A stretch of 64,000 bases of DNA, from positions 33,299 through 97,298 of IMG/VR virus record IMGVR_UViG_3300010396_000042; one strand, given 5' to 3'. Shown in pieces: positions 9,980-19,011 of this stretch. The position numbers were made by a program, and so were the translations under genes. Below the pieces are notes generated by a model. That model ran no database searches, was not told where the DNA came from, and saw only the letters and a program-made list of their open reading frames with translations. Every line of letters starts with the position of its first letter. Position 1 is the first letter of the stretch. The DNA is from a virus.

Positions 9980-10359
9980 GCCCTTCGCGCACCACCGCTC
10001 TCGATCTGATCACCGGCCCTGGTCACGTGCCGTTCACGCGGCAGATGGCGCTGGACATGTCCGAGGCCGTACTGCAGAGCCACATCCTCGGCGAGGCGCG
10101 CGATCTCGGCTGGGGTCTGCGTTATCACACCTACGACTCCCGCAAGTCCGAGAAGGGCTTCCCGGATCTCGTGCTCGTTCACGAACGCCAGCGACGCCTG
10201 CTTATCAGCGAGCTGAAGAAGGAGACCGGCCGCCAGAGCCCCGAGCAGAAGGATTGGGAGCGCGCACTGCTGGCTATCGGCCAGGAGTTCTACCTGTGGC
10301 GCCCCACGGACTGGCTCAACCGCTCCGTCACCCGGATCCTGCTGCGGCGGCCCGCGTGA
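9976..10359 (+). CDS. VRR-NUC domain nuclease
   Basis: SE..LQ..YHTYDSRKSEKGFPDLVL..ELK..GR.SPEQ..W..WRP. Confidence 0.88.
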   Translation: MSPSRTTALDLITGPGHVPFTRQMALDMSEAVLQSHILGEARDLGWGLRYHTYDSRKSEKGFPDLVLVHERQRRLLISELKKETGRQSPEQKDWERALLAIGQEFYLWRPTDWLNRSVTRILLRRPA

Positions 10360-10997
10360 CCCACACGCCCCTGAAGGTTCCCTCGCGGATGGCCGGCCTG
10401 CCGCGGGACAAGCACGGCCGCGTCGTGCCCTGGTTCGTCGCCTTCATCGACGGCCAGCCCGATTTCCGGGTCATCCGCGACGACGGCATCAACCTCGCGC
10501 TGCACGCGAGCATCTGCTGGCTGTGCGGCAGGCCGATGGGACGCTTCACGGCATTCGTGATCGGCCCGATGTGCGCGGTCAACCGCGTCACCGCCGAGCC
10601 CGGCTCCCACACGGATTGCGCGCTGTACGCCGTGAAGGCCTGTCCGTTCCTTTCCAACCCCCGCATGCAGCGCCGCGAGATCGAAGGCTGGACTCCTCCG
10701 GCAGGCGTCGGGATCAAGCGCAACCCCGGGGTCGCGCTCGTGTGGGTCACCCGCTCCTTCTCGCTGTTCCCTGACGGTCTGGGCTCCCATCTGATCCGCC
10801 TGGGCGACCCGGCGTCCGTGTTCTGGTTCGCCGAAGGCCGCACCGCGACCCGCGCCGAGGTCCTGGCCTCGATCGACTCGGGGATGCCGATCCTGCGTGA
10901 TGCCTGCGACCAGGACGAGGACCCCGAGCAGTCACGGCGCGATGTCGAAGCCGAATACCGTCGAGCGCTCGCGCTGGTTCCCGGTGATGCGCTATGA
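10356..10997 (+). CDS. Conserved Zn-binding hypothetical phage protein
   Basis: VPWFV..PDFR..CWLCG..GPMC..EP..H..CALYA..CPFL. Confidence 0.7.
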   Translation: MTHTPLKVPSRMAGLPRDKHGRVVPWFVAFIDGQPDFRVIRDDGINLALHASICWLCGRPMGRFTAFVIGPMCAVNRVTAEPGSHTDCALYAVKACPFLSNPRMQRREIEGWTPPAGVGIKRNPGVALVWVTRSFSLFPDGLGSHLIRLGDPASVFWFAEGRTATRAEVLASIDSGMPILRDACDQDEDPEQSRRDVEAEYRRALALVPGDAL

Positions 10998-11389
10998 CCG
11001 ACGATCCGACCCGAGAACAGCACCGCGCGGCGCCCGATCGAGCCAGCGCCACACAACCGCGCCCGCGGATCCTCGCCAAGACCGTCTTGAGCGCGTTCAC
11101 AGGTGCTGGTGTGCTGATCGCGACCGGCGACGTGATGGTCGGCGCGCCCTGGTATGACGCGGCTGGTGCGGCCGCCGTCGCCGTCATCGCCGCGGTGTAC
11201 CTGGGCCGCGTGATCCACATCGGGCAACGGCACTGGGCCATGTGCGGCGACGAGATGTGGCTCGGCGGCGAGCCCGCGTTTATCTGCCGGCGCCGCCGCC
11301 ATCACCGGGGCGATCACCGCGAGGACAACGTCTCCTGGAACCGCGATGGCGGCCCGTACTACACCTGGCGCGGACGGCCGACGCGATGA
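10994..11389 (+). CDS. Putative membrane protein
   Basis: Two hydrophobic segments; ATGA overlap. Confidence 0.5.
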   Translation: MTDDPTREQHRAAPDRASATQPRPRILAKTVLSAFTGAGVLIATGDVMVGAPWYDAAGAAAVAVIAAVYLGRVIHIGQRHWAMCGDEMWLGGEPAFICRRRRHHRGDHREDNVSWNRDGGPYYTWRGRPTR

Positions 11390-11779
11390 GGAACCGTCTG
11401 CTCGACCTTGCGTTCTTCCTGCTCGGCGGCTTCGTCGGCATGATCCCGCTGCCCGTGGCGCAAGAGGCCGCGTCGTTCCTGCTCGTGCTCGCCCTCCTGG
11501 CAGTGCTCAGCCACCTGTGCGGCCGCGCCCTCGCGCTGTTCACCCGCGCCCTGGCCCGGCCTGCGCGCCGCCTGCTCGCGCTCACCCCGGACCGGCCGAG
11601 TCCGCTGCTGACGACACCGGCACGTCGGCGCCTGATCGCGTGGTTGGCGTGGCGCCGCCCGCACTTACATACCGGGTCGCCGAGCCCCGGCCGGCGACGC
11701 CACGAGCACGACGTACCGCTGCCGCTCGCCACGCCACCCCCATGAACATCAGAGCTTTGAGACTAACGGGAGCCCGCAG

Positions 11780-12736
11780 GTGCACGACGACGACGAGCAG
11801 GACGACCCACCCATGGTGGAGCGCAACGACTGGCTGCGCACCATCGAACGGCTCAAAATGCCCTCCACCCGCGTAGGGATCGCCCTCTACATCGCGTGGA
11901 AGGGCAACCAGGACGGCAGCAGCATCACCGTGGGCGAGAAGCGCATCGCCCGCGTCTTCGGGATCGACGTGAGCACCGCGCGACGGCACATGGACGCCCT
12001 GCGCAAGCTGCGCCTTATCTACCGTAAGAGCCGCGGCAGCGGCCGCGGCGGCACGGGCACGATCGCCAGCAGCCACTACCTGTGCTACCCGGATGACATC
12101 ACGAAGCTGCCGTGGCACCACGACGTCGACATGCAGCCCTCCGAGCAGCCGCTCACCGCGCTGCCGGACACCGAGTACACCGTGCACCTGGGTGCGGTGA
12201 AGGCTGTGGACAATCCCGAACACCGCGCACCTGTGCCCGGTGAAGATCCTGTGGATAACCAGGAACACCGCGCACCAGTGCGTGCTGAAGCCGCCGAAAC
12301 GCCTGTGGACAACTTCGAACACCGCGCATCCACGCACGCTGTTTCAGAAGGAACACCGCGCACTGACGACGAGAACACCGCGCACCAGAGCCAGGAACAC
12401 CGCGCACTGACGACGAGAACACCGCGCACCAGTGCGCGGCTACCTAACTACTACCAACCCTCTACCAACCCGAAGACCAACTGTTCTCTCGTAAGCCGGG
12501 TACCTCACGTGCCGAAAACGATCAAGAACGAGGCACCGAGGAATCTCGCTCCGAACCCCGACTACCCCGCCGCCCGCGACACGCTCCTGCTGTTGCCCGA
12601 CCTCGGCGCCATGGTCATGGCGCTCGCAGCCAAGGAGCTGGCCGCCGAAGGCCACGAAGATCCTCCCCTCGAGGCACATGTCATCCGCGCCGCCGAGATC
12701 GCCACCCGGCCCGGGCCCGAGCGGATGTCGGCATGA
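11780..12736 (+). CDS. Phage replication initiator (N-terminal winged HTH) with internal iterons
   Basis: GEKRIARVFGIDVSTARRHMDALRKLRLI HTH; EHRA peptide repeats produced by DNA iterons, as in lambda O-type initiators. Confidence 0.78.
   Translation: MHDDDEQDDPPMVERNDWLRTIERLKMPSTRVGIALYIAWKGNQDGSSITVGEKRIARVFGIDVSTARRHMDALRKLRLIYRKSRGSGRGGTGTIASSHYLCYPDDITKLPWHHDVDMQPSEQPLTALPDTEYTVHLGAVKAVDNPEHRAPVPGEDPVDNQEHRAPVRAEAAETPVDNFEHRASTHAVSEGTPRTDDENTAHQSQEHRALTTRTPRTSARLPNYYQPSTNPKTNCSLVSRVPHVPKTIKNEAPRNLAPNPDYPAARDTLLLLPDLGAMVMALAAKELAAEGHEDPPLEAHVIRAAEIATRPGPERMSA
12205..12470. repeat. Putative replication origin: 7 x GAACACCGCGCA iterons plus 3 DnaA boxes
   Basis: Iterons start at 12218, 12263, 12317, 12351, 12373, 12395, 12417; TGTGGA(C/T)AA at 12205, 12250, 12304; followed by a lower-GC CTAACTACTACCAACC tract. 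Confidence 0.85.
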
Positions 12737-13053
12737 GCGCCCGTCGCACGGTGCTGCGCGGCACCTCGGGCCTACCGCTTGGCCCCAAGGCCCGCGTCAC
12801 GCGCCAGAACCTGCTCGACGCGCTCGCCGAGGTCCTCGCCTGCACCCCGTGGCACCTGGTCACGGTCACCGACGTCGCCTACACGGCGAACACGAGCCCT
12901 GCGACGTTCTACCAGTATTTCGAGTCGCTCGCCGAAGCGGTCCTGGAGCTGGCCGCGGCCGCCGAACGCTCGCGCCGCACCATGCCCGAGCACCTGGAGA
13001 TGATCACCGGGCTGCTGCGGTTCGAGCGACGCGCTCTGGCGGTGCGCCGATGA
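12733..13053 (+). CDS. TetR-family HTH protein (short)
   Basis: TRQNLLDA..VTVTDVA..ANTSPATFYQYFES. Confidence 0.8.
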   Translation: MSARRTVLRGTSGLPLGPKARVTRQNLLDALAEVLACTPWHLVTVTDVAYTANTSPATFYQYFESLAEAVLELAAAAERSRRTMPEHLEMITGLLRFERRALAVRR

Positions 13054-13340
13054 GCACCCGCAACGTCAAAGACCTCCTCGTCGAGATCTGGGAGGGCAAG
13101 CTGCGCGCCGCGGGCGCCCGCAACCCGCACGCCCTGGCCCTGGAGCTCGCAGCGATCGCCGAGGCGCACGGCATCCGCCTGGCCCGCCCCGCGCTCCTGC
13201 ACGACCCGGCAGCCGACTGGAAACCAACCCCGCAGCTGACGGCCGCCGCGCAATCTGCCGACCACGCCTCGAACAACCAGGCCGTCAAAGCGCTGATCGC
13301 GCAGCGCCCGGCCTGCCCCGATCGGCAGGACGGCTCATGA
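13050..13340 (+). CDS. Hypothetical protein
   Basis: ATGA overlaps at both ends. Confidence 0.55.
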   Translation: MSTRNVKDLLVEIWEGKLRAAGARNPHALALELAAIAEAHGIRLARPALLHDPAADWKPTPQLTAAAQSADHASNNQAVKALIAQRPACPDRQDGS

Positions 13341-14413
13341 CCGCCACCCTCGATACACCGCCGGCCACCTCCAGCCGGCGTGTCGGTGCCCCTGGCGCCC
13401 GGCTCAAGCGGGAGCTCGCCGCGACCTTCGCGCGGCTGCGCCCGGCCGGATCCTGGCACGAGCACGCGGCGTGCCGAACCAGCGACCCGGAAGCGTTCTT
13501 CGAGACCACGTCCGCCGACGCGGCCAAGGCCGTGTGCCGCGGCTGCCCGGTCATCGACAAGTGCCTGCGCTGGGCCCTGGAGTCCCAGGAGGCGCACGGC
13601 GTGTGGGGCGGCCTGACCGAACTCGAACGCGGCGAGCTGACCGGTGCGCAACCCGGCTCCCCCGAGCGACGCGCCAAGGCGCTGCGCTACGCCACGCGCC
13701 TCGCAGCGCTCGCACACAGCAAGGAGCAGCGCATGGCCGCACTCAAGGCCGCCCAAACCCCCGCGGCGCATTCCGCGCCGCAGCCTAAGAAGCGCACCGT
13801 GCCCGGCGCGCTACCGCGCTCGGCGCAGGTCAAGCGTCGCAAAGGCTGCCCCGTCGCGCCCACCACGGCGCCGATCGCCATCTATCAGGGCGACCCCTGG
13901 ATCAACCACCGCATCAAACTCGCCGTCGCCCCCGCGCCGCTGCAACCGGGCCACAGCGACGAACGCAAACCCCTGAGCGAGCGCGAAGCCGAAGTCCTCG
14001 ACCTGATGGCCGAAGGGCTGAGCAACAAGCAGATCGGAGCCAAACTCGTCCTCAGTCCGCTGAGCATCAAGACCCACAAGGTCCGCATCGCCGAGCACCT
14101 CGGCGGCTGCGGCGAAACGAGCCACTCGGTGGCGCTCGGCTACGCGCACGGCTACCTGCGCCCGCATCCGCTGTCCCCGAACCACCTGATCAACCCCACC
14201 GAGCGCCCGCTCGAGGTACTGCGCCTGCTGCCGGAAGGGCTGCGCAACAGCGAGATCGGCGCCCGGCTGCACGTGAGCGAGGAAACCGTCAAGAGCCATG
14301 TCGCGCGCCTGCTCAAGATCTACGGCGCGCGCAACCGCGCGCACCTGGTGTCCATCGCGTTCGACACCGGGTTGTTCGTCGCGATCCTCGAGGAAACCGA
14401 GGGGCGCCCATGA
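13337..14413 (+). CDS. WhiB-family Fe-S regulator fused to two LuxR-type HTH domains
   Basis: AAC..DPEAFF..AKAVCRGCPV..CL..GVWGGLTE.ER; LSEREAEVLDLMAEGLSNKQIG..; GLRNSEIGARLHVSEETVKSHVARLL. Confidence 0.9.
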   Translation: MTATLDTPPATSSRRVGAPGARLKRELAATFARLRPAGSWHEHAACRTSDPEAFFETTSADAAKAVCRGCPVIDKCLRWALESQEAHGVWGGLTELERGELTGAQPGSPERRAKALRYATRLAALAHSKEQRMAALKAAQTPAAHSAPQPKKRTVPGALPRSAQVKRRKGCPVAPTTAPIAIYQGDPWINHRIKLAVAPAPLQPGHSDERKPLSEREAEVLDLMAEGLSNKQIGAKLVLSPLSIKTHKVRIAEHLGGCGETSHSVALGYAHGYLRPHPLSPNHLINPTERPLEVLRLLPEGLRNSEIGARLHVSEETVKSHVARLLKIYGARNRAHLVSIAFDTGLFVAILEETEGRP

Positions 14414-14853
14414 GCGTCCCCACCACGACCGGCGTCGTCGTGCGCGTACCGGGGCGCACCGACGCCCGCATCACCCGGCTGATCACCGTCGGAGACGAGA
14501 GCTGGGCGGCTCTGGCGCCGCTGATCCCCCCGCGCACGCGGGGGGCCGGCCACCACAGCGGCCGGCTCCCCCTGGACGACCGCACGGTCCTGGCCGGGAT
14601 CCTCACCGTCCTGGCCAACGGCATCGGCTTCGAGGCACTGCCGGTCGAGCTGGGCTACGGCTCCGGCATGACCTGCTGGCGGCGCCTGCGCCACTGGCAC
14701 CAAGCCGGAGCATGGCCCGCGATCGCCGCGCGGCTGCGCGAAGTCCTGCCGCCCGGCGCGAGCGTGAACCTCTCCCGCGTCGACGGCCTTTTCGCCGGCC
14801 CGCCTCGCGCACGCCGCGCCGCGGCCGCGCACCCGCAGGGCGGCGCCGCGTGA
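14410..14853 (+). CDS. Stand-alone IS5-transposase N-terminal (DUF4096-like) domain protein
   Basis: W..LAPLIP..GR..DDR.VL.GIL.VL..GI..LP.ELGYGSGMTCWRRLR.W..AGAW; no DDE domain. Confidence 0.75.
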   Translation: MSVPTTTGVVVRVPGRTDARITRLITVGDESWAALAPLIPPRTRGAGHHSGRLPLDDRTVLAGILTVLANGIGFEALPVELGYGSGMTCWRRLRHWHQAGAWPAIAARLREVLPPGASVNLSRVDGLFAGPPRARRAAAAHPQGGAA

Positions 14854-15440
14854 GCATCCCGACCGCCGCCCGGGTGCGCTGCCCGATCACGCACTGCCAC
14901 TTCGAGCACATCCCCCGCACCCGGCACGCGGCCGCAGCGGGTCACGCCCTGCCCGACGGCACCCTGCTCGCCGTGCCGGCCATCACCGAGTCGGCGACCG
15001 AGCGGCGCCCCCAGGCACACCTGGTCGCCGGGCACAGCCTCTCCGAGTGGATCACTGAGGTGGTGCGGCTGCGCGAGATCCTCGCCGACCCCGACAGCCA
15101 GGTCGCCGCCGCCCGCGAGGCGCAGCTGCTCACTCTCGAACGCGCCCGCCGCGTCGAGGCCGAACGCGACGCCGCGCTGCGCCAAGTCGAGCAGCTGCGC
15201 GCCAAGCTCGCCGGCCGCGTGGCCAAGCCCGGACCGATCCCGGGCGCCACGCCGAAAGCCATCTGCCCCGTATGCCAGCGCCCGTTCCTGCTGCGCCTCG
15301 ACGGACGCATCCGCATGCACAACCAGCCCGGGAAAACCCAGCAGACCTGCGCCGGATCCGGGGCTCAGATCACCGAACCAACGCCCGCGGCCGCGCACAC
15401 AGGCGCCGCCGCGACTTCGAACCTTGAGAGGACAGCATGA
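14850..15440 (+). CDS. Coiled-coil / Zn-ribbon hypothetical protein
   Basis: CPVCQR..DGRIRMH..CAGSG; GTGA overlap. Confidence 0.6.
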   Translation: MSIPTAARVRCPITHCHFEHIPRTRHAAAAGHALPDGTLLAVPAITESATERRPQAHLVAGHSLSEWITEVVRLREILADPDSQVAAAREAQLLTLERARRVEAERDAALRQVEQLRAKLAGRVAKPGPIPGATPKAICPVCQRPFLLRLDGRIRMHNQPGKTQQTCAGSGAQITEPTPAAAHTGAAATSNLERTA

Positions 15441-16103
15441 ACGAGATCCAGAACACCAGCCGGTTCGTGAAGGAACAGGGGGGGGGCTCAGCTGATCCTC
15501 GCCGAAGCGATGGCCGGCAAGAGCAGCACCGAGATCATCACCGGCATGGAGGCCGCCGGACAGCGGCAGCTCGTCACCTCCCAGCTCCTGCCCGCCAACA
15601 CCTACGGAACGGACGCCGAGTTCGAGGCGGTCGGCTTCGTGTTCGGTGACCCGCTGCCCGACGACCCGATGTTCCGCCCGGCTGCCCTGCCGCAGGGCTG
15701 GTCCAAGCGCGACAGCGACCACGACATGTGGTCGTACGTCGTCGACGAGCACGGCCGTGACCGTGTCTCAGTGTTCTACAAGGCGGCGTTCTACGACCGT
15801 TCCGCGCACATGTGCCTGGAGAGCCTCGGAAGCTACATCAGCGCGTGCCGGTATCACGGCCGCGACATCGTCGCAGATCCGACGTGGGCAACCCCAGCGG
15901 CGATCATGAAGGCTGCCATCGCATCGGCTGAGCACGCCGCCAAGGAAGTCGTGGACTGGCAGCGGCATCTGGATATGGGGTCGAACCCTGAGATGTCCAG
16001 GAAGTACGTGGAGCAGTACACCGCCGAGCGCGAGCAGTACCTCGCGATCGCTGCCCGGTTCAGGGGCGAGACGGCACCGCACAGCGAGGCGATCGCGTCG
16101 TGA
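15437..16103 (+). pseudogene. Phage gene split by an extra G in a G9 homopolymer (or a sequencing error)
   Basis: GAGAGGA RBS and ATG at 15437; G8 instead of G9 at 15478-15486 joins MNEIQNTSRFVKEQGG to AQLILAEAMAGKSSTEII.. of ORF 15510..16103. Confidence 0.7.
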
Positions 16104-16108
16104 GCGGG

Positions 16109-16351
16109 TCAGCCTTCTGCTTCGTCGCTCGGCATGCGCGCCTCCGGGTGGGCGCGCCGGAACGCGCTGATACGCGCCTGCACGTGGGCGCGGATGTCCT
16201 TCGCCCGGTCGGTGCCCTCGGCAGAGCAGACGACCTCGTAGTCGACCCATTCGCCTTCGGGGATTCTGATCGGCCTGTTCTTGGTCACGTTCCAATTCCG
16301 CCAGTTCCGGTTCCGGGAGTGTTTCGGCTGGTCGCTGGCGGGATCGGTCAC
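16109..16351 (-). CDS. Ribbon-helix-helix-like small repressor
   Basis: TKNRPIRIPEGEW..Y..GTDRAKDIRAHV; lone leftward gene diverging from an operator cluster. Confidence 0.7.
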   Translation of the reverse strand: MTDPASDQPKHSRNRNWRNWNVTKNRPIRIPEGEWVDYEVVCSAEGTDRAKDIRAHVQARISAFRRAHPEARMPSDEAEG

Positions 16352-16402
16352 GCCCGTACGGTAACGGCGCCTCGAGCGGCGCGTCTAGGGCGGCACACCG
16401 GA

Positions 16403-16492
16403 CCGCATATGCAGTCGATGCCGTTTCGTGACCAACCCGCCTTGTACTGCATATGCAGCGAGTACTAACCTGAGCTTACTGCATATGCAGTA
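16403..16492. promoter_or_regulatory. Three palindromic GCATATGC operators overlapping a rightward sigma70-type promoter
   Basis: CCGCATATGCAGT 16403-15, TACTGCATATGCAGCG 16445-60, perfect TACTGCATATGCAGTA 16477-92; TTGTAC(16442)-N18-TAACCT(16466). Confidence 0.75.
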
Positions 16493-16504
16493 GCTCTGGG
16501 TTCT

Positions 16505-16578
16505 GGCTCCGTAGCTCAGCGGTTAGAGCAGCGCGCCTTATAAGCCGCAGGTCGCGGGTTCGAACCCCGCCGGAGCTA
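16505..16578 (+). tRNA. tRNA-Ile (anticodon TAT), atypical anticodon stem
   Basis: Acceptor GGCTCCG/CGGAGCT, D arm GCTC/GAGC, loop CT-TAT-AA, T arm GCGGG-TTCGAAC-CCCGC; one extra C in the 5' anticodon strand. Confidence 0.8.
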
Positions 16579-16611
16579 CCCATCCCGATCCCCCAGCGAA
16601 CCAAGGAAGTC

Positions 16612-17313
16612 ATGACGAACAACCAGCACGACGAAGGCGAGTGGCCGACAGTGCCGCGCGTGCCCGCGTGGATCAAGCCGATCCTGCAGGGCGAAGCCGA
16701 GAAGCGCGGCGAGGCAAAGCAGCAGTACGAGGACACCGGACGGCACGCCGCGGAGGCCATCAACCGGTACCTCGCGTCGCTCGGCATCGAGCCGCTGCGC
16801 CCCGCCGAGTGGACGCGGGACGGCCTCAGATATGCGGTGCTTTTGGAGCCCGACCACTGTGGCGTCGACGACTGGGGCGTGCAGGCGGGTTGGAACGGCG
16901 AGGTCTGCCTCTACGCCGTCGCGTCGGACGGGGTGGAGCGGTATTTCGGCCCGCTGAACAGCGTGGAGGACGCCGCCGACGCCCGCCGTGGGCCGCGTGC
17001 GGCCAGGCCCGAGCCGGTCGACCACGAGTGGACCGCAGAGGACGAACTGGCGCGCGCAGTGCACTTCAAGGTGGACGACGCCGACCCGTTCGAGGTCGCG
17101 TTCCTCGCCGGCATCCGTGGCCTGGGCCACGCGGTGCTCGCGCTCAACGAGACCGTCAGCCGCATCGGCGCGCGCCAGGCACTGCGGCAGGCTGCGGCGC
17201 TCGGCGAGATCCCCCTCGACCGGGTCCGGCTCACGCCGCAGGAGAAGACGCTGCTGCGCGATCTGTTCCCGCCGACCGACGTGGACGACGCGCCCGCGGC
17301 CGACGGCAGCTGA
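16612..17313 (+). CDS. Hypothetical phage protein
   Basis: AAGGAAG RBS, codon bias. Confidence 0.7.
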   Translation: MTNNQHDEGEWPTVPRVPAWIKPILQGEAEKRGEAKQQYEDTGRHAAEAINRYLASLGIEPLRPAEWTRDGLRYAVLLEPDHCGVDDWGVQAGWNGEVCLYAVASDGVERYFGPLNSVEDAADARRGPRAARPEPVDHEWTAEDELARAVHFKVDDADPFEVAFLAGIRGLGHAVLALNETVSRIGARQALRQAAALGEIPLDRVRLTPQEKTLLRDLFPPTDVDDAPAADGS

Positions 17314-17399
17314 TATTCGACGGGCGAACCCGGCCGGACCGGCCACCGCCCAATCCGCATCCCAGCCACACAAGAAACGATCTTGAGGGGGAACCCCAG

Positions 17400-17660
17400 A
17401 TGACGACTCTCACCGATGCCCACCCCGAGCTTCCCATCGTCACGGGACCGCTGCCGCTGGACGAGGGCACCTCGCACGCGCTCCTGTTCCGCGCGGCCTG
17501 CGCCGCCGAGGACGACGTCCTGACCGAACTGGCGGCCGCCCAGCGGGCCGGCGACGAGAAGGCCGTGGCGCGGCTGACCGCCGAGCGAGGCCTGTTCGAC
17601 CGCCTGGCCGTCGACCTGCGCACCAACCACCGCGCCCAGTGCTCCCGGGACGCCGGCTGA
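17400..17660 (+). CDS. Hypothetical protein
   Basis: GAGGGGG RBS before ATG 17400. Confidence 0.55.
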   Translation: MTTLTDAHPELPIVTGPLPLDEGTSHALLFRAACAAEDDVLTELAAAQRAGDEKAVARLTAERGLFDRLAVDLRTNHRAQCSRDAG

Positions 17661-18054
17661 TGAACCTGCTGCTGCTGGCCGCGCTCGGCGTGCTCCCCGC
17701 ATCCGAGTCACTGGCCCGCGCCGAATATGCCGTACACCTGCAGGCCTGGTCGCTGCCCGCCCTCGCCGCGATCATCGCGGCCGGGGCGGCTGCGACCGCA
17801 TGGTCGGCTCTCGCGCTCACCCGCACTCCCCCAGCGGTCGGGCAGCTCTGGGAGCAAACCAGCCGCGCCATAAGGGGCATGACGATCCGGATCACCGCGG
17901 TGACGCCCGGCAAGCCCGGCCACGTGGTGGCCGTCATCGCGACGCCGCCGCGCGCCGCGCTGCATGACACCACCGGCCGCGAGATGGACCTGGCCGCCGG
18001 CCGGACCGGACTGCGCGGCTTCCGTCTCCTCGGCACCGAGCGGAGCGCAGCGCG

Positions 18055-19011
18055 ATGACCGGCGAGCAGAAGCGCTCAGGAGCGCACAGCGTCGCGCTGC
18101 AGGACTCGCTCTACGGTCCCCGTTCGGACCTGGTGCTGCGGTTCCTCGAGGACATCCGCCGCCCACGCCTGTGGACTGAGCGGCGCATCGAGCTGTGCCG
18201 CCCGTCGGGCCGCGACTGGCTGCGGCACGCGGCCGCGCGCCGTGCGACCCGCCGCGCCACGCGTTTCCTCGAGGACCGCGACGCGCAGCGCGCCGCCGCC
18301 CTGAACCGTGCGTGGGACGAAGCCGCCACGCACGAGGACACCACCGAGCGGTGCGGCTGGGCCGCCGGATGGGCCGCGGCCGCGCTCAGCGTCATCGACC
18401 TGATCGACACCAAGCACCTTTACATCCTCACCAAGCCGTTCCCCGACCTGATGGTCCGCTACGGCCACACCCGGTACCGCGGGCCGCTGCCGACCAGCGC
18501 ACTGCCCGCCCCGACCGCGACACCACAGCACGGAGACCACATGACCACCACCAAGACCGACACCACGACCACGGCGGCAGCGACGACGACGGCGCACTCC
18601 TCCGACCTTCGCGCCTACCGCAAACTCACCCAGGCCGAGCTGGCCACCGAAGCCACGGAACGCTTCGGCCCCGACACGGCCACCTGGGCGTTCCAGTGCC
18701 CGCGCTGCGGCGACATCGCCGTCGCCGGCCACTTCCCGCAAGGCGAGGAAGGCCGCATCGGCCAGGAATGCGTCGGCCGCTGGCGCGGCGCCCTGACCGG
18801 CCCGGCGAACAGCGACGGCGGCCGGGCCGTGGCCGAACGCGGCTGCGACTGGACCGCCTACGGCCTCATCCGCGGCCCCTGGGAGATCGTCATGCCCGAC
18901 GGCCACTCCGCGTGGGGCTTCCCGCTCGCCCCGGCAACCGCCAGGGCCACGGCCCCGGCTGAAACCGACGGCGCTGTCGGCGACACCAAGCCTGATGGAG
19001 CCGCCGCGTGA
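18055..19011 (+). CDS. Hypothetical protein; the C-terminal Cys-rich domain (possible own start at 18541) resembles a conserved phage family
   Basis: WAFQCPRCGDIA..GQECVGR..GCDWTAYGL; GGAG precedes ATG 18541. Confidence 0.6.
   Translation: MTGEQKRSGAHSVALQDSLYGPRSDLVLRFLEDIRRPRLWTERRIELCRPSGRDWLRHAAARRATRRATRFLEDRDAQRAAALNRAWDEAATHEDTTERCGWAAGWAAAALSVIDLIDTKHLYILTKPFPDLMVRYGHTRYRGPLPTSALPAPTATPQHGDHMTTTKTDTTTTAAATTTAHSSDLRAYRKLTQAELATEATERFGPDTATWAFQCPRCGDIAVAGHFPQGEEGRIGQECVGRWRGALTGPANSDGGRAVAERGCDWTAYGLIRGPWEIVMPDGHSAWGFPLAPATARATAPAETDGAVGDTKPDGAAA

Noticed and set aside
12218-12429. Protein repeat or mini-CRISPR
   Set aside because: The DNA repeat is read in different frames (EHRA versus TPR), has 22-bp phasing and adjoins DnaA boxes, which fits iterons
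14410-14853. Active IS5 element
   Set aside because: No DDE domain, terminal inverted repeats or target duplication seen
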